A stretch of DNA of 63,444 bases, counting the filler, from Reclinomonas americana ATCC 50394 (taxonomy: Eukaryota), in the NCBI GenBank assembly GCA_048213135.1. It is 15 parts of 15 records of this genome, joined end to end, with 100 filler letters (N's around TTAATTAATTAA, not from the genome) between each part and the next. Parts side by side here need not be neighbours in the genome. Positions count along the whole stretch, not along the records: positions 50,178 to 51,773 come from AFZH01017596.1; positions 51,874 to 54,513 come from AFZH01017597.1; positions 54,614 to 58,682 come from AFZH01017598.1; positions 58,783 to 60,014 come from AFZH01017599.1; positions 60,115 to 63,444 come from AFZH01017602.1; 10 more parts are not named here. The stretch is one strand, 5' to 3'. The position numbers and the translations under genes are program-made. Position 1 is the first letter of the stretch; each line of letters opens with the position of its first letter. The notes under the pieces were generated by a model that saw only the letters and a list, made by a program, of their open reading frames with translations, did not search any database and was not told the DNA's origin. This document shows positions 51,601-63,444 of this stretch, piece after piece.

Positions 51601-54600
51601 CGCTTGCGAGCGAATCAGCGTAATCTCAGCCGCCAGTGCGTCCCTCTCCGCCGCCAACTTGCGAATGCGACCGTCGCTCTCCGCCGCCTGATCCTCGCGC
51701 TTCACAAACTCGTGCTGCAAGCAAGTCACAGGTGAGTCTGTGCAACCTTCACCACCCTCTCTCTCTCTTCCCTNNNNNNNNNNNNNNNNNNNNNNNNNNN
51801 NNNNNNNNNNNNNNNNNTTAATTAATTAANNNNNNNNNNNNNNNNNNNNNNNNNNNNNNNNNNNNNNNNNNNNGCGCGACTGATGCGCATCGTACTCGGT
51901 CTCCAGCGCCTCAATGCGGCGGCGAGCCACCGCCAAGTCGTCCTCCAAACCGGCCACATGCATCGACTGGTGCTCGCTCTGCTCCGTCAACTCGTGCTCA
52001 CGCTGCGTCATGTCCAGCAACTCCTGCTGCACCGTCAACAGCGTGGCCTGCACCGACTCGCGCGCCGCACCCGACTCGTACAGCTGCTGCTGCAGTTCGC
52101 CAATGCGCGACTCGTAGGCCTGTGCCAACAGTGCCACCGAGGCCTTGTCGCTGCTGTCGGTGGCAGCCGTGGCCTGCTCCAGATGCGAGCGCGTCTCGTG
52201 CAACTCGTCAGCCAGCCGCGCCGCCTCCGCCCGCGACGCATCGGCGTCGGCCTGCAGCGCGTTCACCTGTTGCCGCAAATTCGACAACTCGTGCAGCTGC
52301 GAATCAATCGTCGAGTCGCGAGCGCGCAGTGACTCGGCGTTCTCACGTGCGGCATTCTGCGCCTGCTCCCGCTGATCGCGCAACTCGGATTGCAGCTGTT
52401 GTTTGGGAAGGGGGTCGAGAAGAGATTGAGGTGTCAGCATGAGATGAACGCAGATCTCTGCATCACCCTCTGCCATACCTTGTTCTTCTGATCGCGCAGC
52501 TGCTCCACCGTCTCCATCATCGACTGCAGGTCGCCACGAAGCACAGTGAGCTCGGCCGCTTGCGAGTTGAGCAGCGAGTCCTTTTGGCGCATCACCGAGT
52601 CGCGATCGTACGCATCGGTGACGGCGCGGCTTGAATTCTCACGCTCGCGACTCAATTGCGCCTCGTAGTCGGTGACCAGAGCCGCCATCTCGCCCTTCAG
52701 CGACTTGATGTTGGCGGTCAGATCGGACACTTGTACGCGCAAAGTGTTGTTGTCCTCGTTGTAGCGATCCGACTCCAAACGCAGCACGCGCAGCTCCTGC
52801 TGCACCGCATTCAGTTCACCAGCGGCCGGTGCGTGACGACCCGTCAGCGTCTCCAGCTGCTTCTCCAAGTCGTTGATGCGCTCCTGCAGCGCCGCCGAGT
52901 CGGCACCGGACTCTTGGAGGACGCGATTCTCCTCGCGGATCTCCTCCAGTTGCGACTCCAGACGCGCTCTTTCCTGTTCGAGTGCCTGCGTGATGTGTGA
53001 GTGCATCAGCTAATGAAAAGAAGACACACACAACTCTCGCTCTCCTCGTCTCTTCTCTCACGCACACATTCTCTCTCTCTTCATCCCTTTCTCTGTCTAC
53101 CTCTCTCTTTCTCCCTCTCTCTCTCACACACACGCTCTCTCTTTTCATCCCTCTCTCTATCGCTCTCTGTATGTGTGTGCGTGTGTCACACCTCCACTTG
53201 CTGCTCCAACTCATAGATGCGCTGCTCGAGGAAGGCGGTGCGCGAGTTGGTATCCGACCGGCTGTCGATCCAGTAGTTGGGCACGGGGCAGTTGCGAATG
53301 CGCTGCGCCCGTGAGGCGTACACCAGATTGTTGTGCGTCTCCGAGGCCTGCTCCGGGTCGGCGCCCACACACGTCACCATCAGCGTGCGGCAATTGCCAC
53401 CGAACGAGTGGTGCAGGAGGGAGGTGAGTTTTGAGTCGCGGTACGGGATTTGTGCCGGTTGCACGTTGCCGCCCTGCGCCAGTGCCAGAATGACGCGCGA
53501 GAGCACGAGAAGGTCCTTGTTGTTGCGGCTGTGAGAGGAGCCTGTGGAAGGGGGGAAGGGGGAGGGGGAAGGGGGAAGGGTGAGGGGAGAGAGAGGGGAG
53601 AGAGAGGGGGAAAGGAGGGGGAGAAGTGCAAGGGGGGAAAGGGCAGAGGGGGAAGAGGGAAAGGGGAGGAGAAAGAAGGGGAAGAGCAAAGGGGGAAGAG
53701 CAAAGGGGGAAGAGCAAAGGGGGAAGAGCAAAGGGGGAAGAGCAAAGGGGGAAGAGCAAGGGGGAAGAGCCAAAGAATAGAGATAGAGAGAGAGAGAGAG
53801 AAAGGGGGGAGCAAAAGGGGAAGAGCTAAGGGGGAGAGAAGGAAAAGAACAAGGGGGGAGAGGAATGGGGAAGAGCAAAGAAGGAAGAGCAAAGGGGAAC
53901 AGAGAGGGGGAAGAGCAAAGGGGGAAGTGGAAAAGGAGAAAAGAAGGGGGGAAGAGCATGGAGGGAAGAGTAAAGGGGGAAAGGGGCAAGGGGAAGGAAT
54001 GGCGAAGATAAAGAGGGAAAGGCGGAGGGGGAAGAGCAGAGGGGGGAAGAGCAAGCAGGAAGACGAAGGGGGAAGAGCAGAGGGGAAGAGCGCGGGGGAA
54101 GAGAATGGGCGAGAGCAAAGGGGGAGGAGCAAGGGAAAAGAGCAAGGAGGAAGAGCAAAGGGGAAAGAGTTGAGGGGGAAGAGAAAAGGGGGGAGAGTTG
54201 AGGGGGAAGAGCATGGGAGAAGAGCGCAGGAAAAGAACAGGGGGGAATAGCACAGGAAAAAGAGCAAGGAGAAGAACAAAGGGGAGAAGAGGAAAGGAGG
54301 GAAGAGAACGGGCGACGGACAAGGGGGAAAGAGCAAACGGGAAGAGAAAGGGGGAAGAGCGAAGGGGGAAGAGCAGAGTACAAGCATAACACATGAGACC
54401 GCATTTCACCATCCTCGCTTTCGTGGTCTCTTCCCCGTTCGCTCTTCCCCTTTCCTCTTCCCATACTGAGGGAGTGTCGGTAGCTCGAGAGAAAGCCTCT
54501 CTGACGAGGGGGANNNNNNNNNNNNNNNNNNNNNNNNNNNNNNNNNNNNNNNNNNNNTTAATTAATTAANNNNNNNNNNNNNNNNNNNNNNNNNNNNNNN

Positions 54601-55451
54601 NNNNNNNNNNNNNCAAGAAGAGCCCACTGACGCAGATCTCGAACAGCTGCGGTGGAATGTCCTTCACGTGGGAAACAGCGAGTGAGCGACAAGGGAGGGA
54701 ATCAGCACTTGCCACGCGCGCGAACTGCGACTACCTCCACGATATCAAAGAGGCGCTGCAAGACGCGCGGGAACATGCCCGCATCCGGACCCTCCGGCGC
54801 ACCAAACAGCGTGTACTAGAATGCCACACAGACACGTCATAACAAGACACGACAGCAGAGACAAGTCGTCACATTGTGCGCAACTGTCTTGCCCGTGCGC
54901 TCATGTCCATACGAGAACAACGTGCAGTTCTTGCCCGCGGCAAAGTCCACCACCATCGGCTCCACACATCGATGGAAGAAGGCGCTCTGTGTGCGCGTGC
55001 ACACGCGTGCGTGTCATTTTCGTTCATGTCCACACACACTCTGTGACGCATCACTCCTGTGCTTTCTTTCTGTTCTTACAAACCTGTGAGGCATTCTCGC
55101 CAAAGACATAGGCAAAGCGGAAGCTCTCGTCATTCGGCACCGAGACGTGCACCTGAAAGCGGGAAAGACGGTTAAATTTTCAGTTGCACACTTTGGTCGG
55201 CACTCTCTCGTTATGTCACTCTCTTTCTCATTCACCTCTGAGGGCGATAACACATGCACGTGCGAGTTCACAGGCGACGAGGCAGGTGCCACGCGAACAG
55301 CAACATCAAATTCGTTGGTGGCCACTGATTGAGTCGGAGAACCTCCTGAGGATGCAGGCGAGGAGTGCGATGTTGTCACTGGCAGGGCCAGAGGAGGCAC
55401 AGTGGCGGCCGCTGACGCAGAGTCAGTGTCGCCAGTGCTGCCTGCGCTCAT
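47682..55451 (-). CDS. Divergent kinesin-like protein: N-terminal motor domain, very long coiled coil, Ser-rich tail
   Basis: FDVAVRVAP...FRFAYVFGENASQ...NCTLFSYGHERTGKT|YTLFG....GMFPRVLQRLF; IPYRDSKLTSLLHHSFGGNCRTLMVTCV....ETHNNLVYASRAQRIRN; more than 900 aa of heptad-rich exons. Spans three gaps and the middle of the motor domain is missing. Confidence 0.85.
53545..54375. repeat. Intronic purine/pyrimidine minisatellite (GGGGGAAGAGCAAA)n
   Basis: 14-mer in perfect tandem at about 53680-53770, degenerate around it. Confidence 0.9.
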
Positions 55452-55850
55452 TGTGTGGTGATTGTGGGGTGGGGACAATGGACAGTTCGGCGGCGGGGAG
55501 CGAGTGCCATTGTCCTACACCAAAAGAAAGCAAGCACTTGAGTCAAAAATGCAGTCCGCACAAAATAATATAGAATGCTCGGGCGTTGCAGTGCGCTTCA
55601 GATCAGAGGCCGACGATGCTGACTTCGACGCCGACGTCGACGTCTGCACTCCAGAAAATTTGCAATCTTTGCTGCCACTGCTAGCTCGCCATTGCACGCA
55701 TGTTCTCCCCTGCTCCCCTACTCGCCTTGCACCACTCGCTCTCCTCCAATCCCGTGTCCTCTCGAAGTCCATGTCCGAAATCTCCAATAGGCAAAAGTTA
55801 TCGTCAAGCAGTCGCGCGAGACCTCTCATCTCCCCTCAACAAACATCGCG
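55452..55850. promoter_or_regulatory. Putative bidirectional promoter between the two divergent kinesin genes
   Basis: 399 bp between ATG 55451 (-) and ATG 55851 (+). Inferred from position only. Confidence 0.45.
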
Positions 55851-59380
<3,530 letters not shown>

Positions 59381-59437
59381 TTGTAGCCATTTATGAGTTA
59401 AATATCTTGTTGCGAACTGGCCATCTCCCGGTGTTTA

Positions 59438-59920
59438 CTATGGTTTCGGTAGTGGTGACGAGGCCGACATGACGTAAATCACCCACAGCTGGAGGAGGGC
59501 CACGTAAAGAATCGACAGCACGCGCATGGCCGGGTTGCGACGAAGCTGGTTGCCAATGTAGAGACTGCGGGAAGGAGAGTGAGATGACGGAAGGTGATGA
59601 AGAACACACACTCCAACAAACCTCAGGCGATCAATGGCCTGTGCACCGTGCACAATCTTGCCAGCAACCGCGCTGCGCCTCCCAAATGGACTTCCGTCAA
59701 ACACCAATCCGCGCGTGCTCTTGTTGCCGTCGCGCGAAGATACATCGGCGGCGGCGGCGGCGGACGCAGCAGAGCCTGCCGCGGAGGACGATCCCGACGC
59801 TTCGTCGGGCACCGACAGTGCTTCGGGGTCCTCGTCGGCATATCGCCGAGCCGTGGTGCGTGAGGCGGTCACGGAGGTCGGTAGTACGCCGCCTGAGGCA
59901 CTTTCGGCAAAGGCCAGGCG
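59438..59920 (-). CDS. GOLGA5: Golgin-84 (GOLGA5)-like protein, C-terminal exons with tail-anchor TMD
   Basis: AQAIDRL|SLYIGNQLRRNPAMRVLSILYVALLQLWVIYVM matches the golgin-84 C-terminus (ID..S...G..LRR.P..R.....Y..LLHLWV..V). Confidence 0.75.
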   Translation of the reverse strand, partial: RLAFAESASGGVLPTSVTASRTTARRYADEDPEALSVPDEASGSSSAAGSAASAAAAADVSSRDGNKSTRGLVFDGSPFGRRSAVAGKIVHGAQAIDRLRFVGVCVLHHLPSSHSPSRSLYIGNQLRRNPAMRVLSILYVALLQLWVIYVMSASSPLPKP

Positions 59921-60236
59921 CTGTGCAATAGGGGAGAGGGAATGAGAGGGGGAAGGAGGAGGAGCAGCGCGTTAATGACAGAGAAGTGAGAGTGGTGGAG
60001 ATACGCGAGAGTGGNNNNNNNNNNNNNNNNNNNNNNNNNNNNNNNNNNNNNNNNNNNNTTAATTAATTAANNNNNNNNNNNNNNNNNNNNNNNNNNNNNN
60101 NNNNNNNNNNNNNNCGACGAAGGTAGGTAGTAAGTTAGGTTGGTAGTAGGTTGTTGGTTAGTAGTTGGTAGGAAGGAAGACGGTCGTCGGTGGTACGTTC
60201 GTCGCTAGTCTCCGTTCGTCGTCCTCCCTACCCTCC

Positions 60237-60267
<31 letters not shown>

Positions 60268-60511
60268 GCATTTCCTTCGTTTGTTTCGTGATTATCCTCG
60301 AACTCAAGCTCTTGGTCTCTCTCTTGCTTCCTTCATGCATTCGTCTTGCTTTTTCATCTCCTTCCTCTGGCTATCTCCTCCTCCTTTCCTCCTTCTCCTC
60401 ATCCTCCTCTCCCATCGTTCCTGTAAACTAGCTTGCCTCGCTTTGGCTATTTCAAGGCAGTTGTCTGGCAGTCACTCACATTCCGTATTTCTGTGGCATT
60501 GTCGTCTCTTG

Positions 60512-60542
<31 letters not shown>

Positions 60543-60697
60543 GCACGCATACATACACACACTCTCCCCGTCACTCTATCTCTCTCTCACACTCTCCTCG
60601 CTCGCACCGCTGTGCATTGCCATCGCCCTGCATTTATCAGCGCTCCGGATCCTTCCTTCGATCTCTTCCTTTTCTCACCCTCCTTACTTCGCCGCAG

Positions 60698-63276
60698 AAC
60701 GAATCCACCAACGTGATGGAGTCGGAGGAGAACGAATTGGTCCGCGGTCGCCTCGTGCAGATCGACGAGGACTCACTTCGTGATTTCGACGACTCGGTGA
60801 GTTGCTCTTCCATTTTCGCCGCCTCCTCTTCTCCCTTGCCTCACTTGTGCCACTCTCCAGGCCATTGTGTTGACTGGAACTGTGGCCAGCGAGGAGGTGG
60901 CGAGAGCAATTGCTTCAAGAGGCGTCACGCTGCGGTGCGTAATCTGGTAGCTCTCCCTCTCCCTCTCCCTCTCACTCTCCCTCTCTTCCCTCGCCCTCTC
61001 CTCACACTCACCACCCCCAGCGCCGTCCACCGCCTGTACGCCGTCGCCGACTCGATCGACTCGCTCGTAGAACAATTGCAACGCGACACGACCTTTGTTG
61101 CGTCCGTTCCCCCATCACCGCACCCTATCCCCACCACCTCACCTCCTTCCCCCTTTCCCGCAGGCCAACGGCATGCCCGACGACGACGAACCCTCGGACG
61201 GCGGCTACTCCCTCACCTTCGACTCATTTCACCGGTACTTCACCAAGGAGGACGTGGCGCGCCTCTACGAGCAATTCGAACCCGTCTACTTCCCCGGCCG
61301 CGCCAACCTCAAGTCACCGCGTCATCGCTTCTCGGTGCTGATTGACGGCCCGCGCTCCCGCTACTACTTTTGCAAGTTGATTGCGGAGAGTGACCGGCAA
61401 TCTGTTGTCAAGTTCTCGTTGAAGAAGCGGCCGTACATTGGTACGACCAGCATGGATGCGGAGCTGGCGCTTCTCATGTCCATCTCGGGACTGGTGCGAC
61501 CGAATTACTTGGTGCTGGATCCGTTTGTCGGCACTGGGAGTGTGTTGATTGCGGCCGCGCATCACGGCGCCATGGTGATGGGTGCGGAGTTGGATGGTCG
61601 TGTGTTGAAGGGCACTGTGGGCGAGCGCAAGGGTCGCTCCATTCTCGACAATCATCGCCATGTTGCGTGCGAGGGGGGATAAGGGCAAGAGCTACCCCTA
61701 CTGCTTTCTCCTTTCTCCATTTCCCTTCTTTTCCCCTAATACTTACGCCTTCTCTTTCCCCCGCTTGCCCCCATTCTACTTCTCCTTTCGCCTTCTTCTT
61801 TTCCTTTCCCAAGTTCCTTCCCTCATCCTTTCGCCACTCTCTTTCCTCCCTGCTTGTCCTCTCCATTCTACATCTTCATTCGCCTTCCTCCCTTTCCTCT
61901 CCCTTTTTCCATTCTCTCTTTTCCTTACGCCCTCTCGTTCCCCTCACTTGCCCTCCTCATTCTACATCTTCATCCGCCTTCCTTCCCTCTCCCTTTTTCC
62001 ATTCTCTCTTTTCCTTACGCCCTCTCGTTCCCCTCACTTGCCCTCCTCATTCTACTTCTCCATTCGCCTTCCTCCCTTTCCTCTCCCTTTCCCCTCCCTC
62101 TCTCTCTTTTCCTTTCGCCACTCACTTTCCTCCCCCGCTTGCTCTCCCTTTCCTCTCCCTTTCCTCTCCCCCATTTCCTCTCCCTTTCCTCTCCCCCATT
62201 TCCTTTCGCCACTCACTTTCCTCTCTCGCTTGCCCTCCCCATTCTACTTCTCCTTTCGCCTTCCCCCTTCCCTCTCCCCTTTCCCCTCTCTCGTTTCCTT
62301 TTGCCACTCACTGTCTTCTCCCACTTGCCCTCCCATTCTACATCTCCTTTCGCCTCCCCCTCCCTCGTTTCCTTTCGCCACTCACTTTCCTCCCCCGCTT
62401 GCCCTCCCCTTCTACTTCCCCTTTCCCTTCCTCCCTTTTCCTTTCGCCACTCTCATTTCTTGCCACGTGCGCAGTACGGTCTGCCACCACCGCTGGACCT
62501 GCTTGTCAACGACGCCTCGCAATGCATGTGGCGGCAGCATTCGTGTGAGATGTTTGATGCGATTGTCACCGATCCACCGTACGGTGTGCGTGAAATGTCG
62601 AAAAAGGTGGGCAAGAAGGGCCGCGAGATTGAGGACTCCGTGCGCGATACGTTGTTGCGTTCGACCCCTTCCCCCTCCCCCCCTCTCCCCCATTGGTCGC
62701 TGATCGCCACCCAGCTGGAAGTCCGGCAAGCACATTCCCCAGAAGGTCATGTACACGCTGGACAGAATACTTGAGGATCTGCTGACGCTCGGCGCCCGCA
62801 CATTGCGTGTCGGCGGTCGTCTCGTGTTCTGGGTACCGTCCACCCCCGAGTTCCACATCAATATGCTGCCGGAGCACGAGGGCATGCGTCTCGTCTCTGT
62901 GTGCGAGCAGTCACTGTCGGAGCGCTACGGCAGACACTTGGTGACAATGGAGAAGACCAAGGCGTGGGATGAGGTGGTGCGTGGTTCGCGGTGGCGACTG
63001 TCTTTTCTTGTTTGACTGTGAATCCTCAAACTTTTCTGGCCACAGGAACACCGCGGCGCCACGTGGGTGGGCGACGAGCACGAAACAAGGCAGTTGTTGC
63101 TCACCAAGTTCCGCGAAGCGTACTATCTGCCGGTGCGCGCCGCTCGTCGCGAGTTTCACCAGAAGCGCAAGGAGGCGTATTTTGCACACATGGCGGCGTC
63201 GGCGGCCGCGAAGACGGCGGCAGCAGAGGCGGGCGATGCCAGTGGTTCGGGAGACAAGGTTGCTGGATCGGAATGA
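60698..63276 (+). CDS. TRMT11: tRNA (guanine-10-N2)-methyltransferase Trm11 (first exon not identified)
   Basis: FSLKKRPYIGTTSMDAELALLM, LVLDPFVGTGS (SAM motif I), FDAIVTDPPYGVRE, LRVGGRLVFWVP, EQSLS...RHLVTMEK. Confidence 0.92.
61700..62455. repeat. Intronic pyrimidine-rich degenerate tandem repeat (CTTGCCCTCC(C/T)CATTCTAC.TCT...TTCGCC)
   Basis: The core recurs about 8 times in the long TRMT11 intron. Confidence 0.8.
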
Positions 63277-63360
63277 AGGCGCTCTCACCATCATAGACGT
63301 GGGGGAAGGGAGGGGGATGGGGGGGAGGAAAGGGAGAGGGGGAGGAAAAGGAAAGGGGAA

Positions 63361-63438
<78 letters not shown>

Positions 63439-63444
63439 GAGGAG

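Noticed and set aside
53186..54464. Long Pro/Leu/Phe/Ser- or Gly/Arg/Glu-rich ORFs (also 5122-6094, 46703-47241, 61660-62774)
   Set aside because: Translations of intronic purine/pyrimidine tracts, which lack stop codons by composition.

Overview
Eukaryotic (protist-like), GC-rich, intron-dense draft genomic DNA. It consists of 15 contigs joined by 14 artificial 100-nt spacers (N44-TTAATTAATTAA-N44). The joins look like true scaffold order, because several genes read correctly across them. Recognisable genes: ankyrin-repeat protein (partial), LRR protein of STK11IP/nischarin type, VIT1/CCC1 transporter (partial), a large helical hypothetical protein, an NLR-like STAND-NTPase/TPR protein, two tandem DUSP11/PIR1-type RNA 5'-triphosphatases (one fused to two CCCH zinc fingers), XK-related membrane protein, ENKD1, a secreted NHL/FN3/cadherin-like/PAN protein, an ML-domain/cathepsin B fusion, two head-to-head divergent kinesins, golgin-84 (3' end) and TRMT11. 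The most striking signal is a second, frequent class of 5' splice site, N|GTTGCG(T). It occurs at about 20 frame-supported introns, never after an exonic G, and looks like the local GTGCGT consensus shifted by +1 nt. Other leads are a possible RNA-defence cluster (HEPN-like/STAND/TPR plus two RNA triphosphatases) and a divergently transcribed pair of kinesins with degenerate switch motifs. All gene models and family calls were made by eye; no database searches were run.
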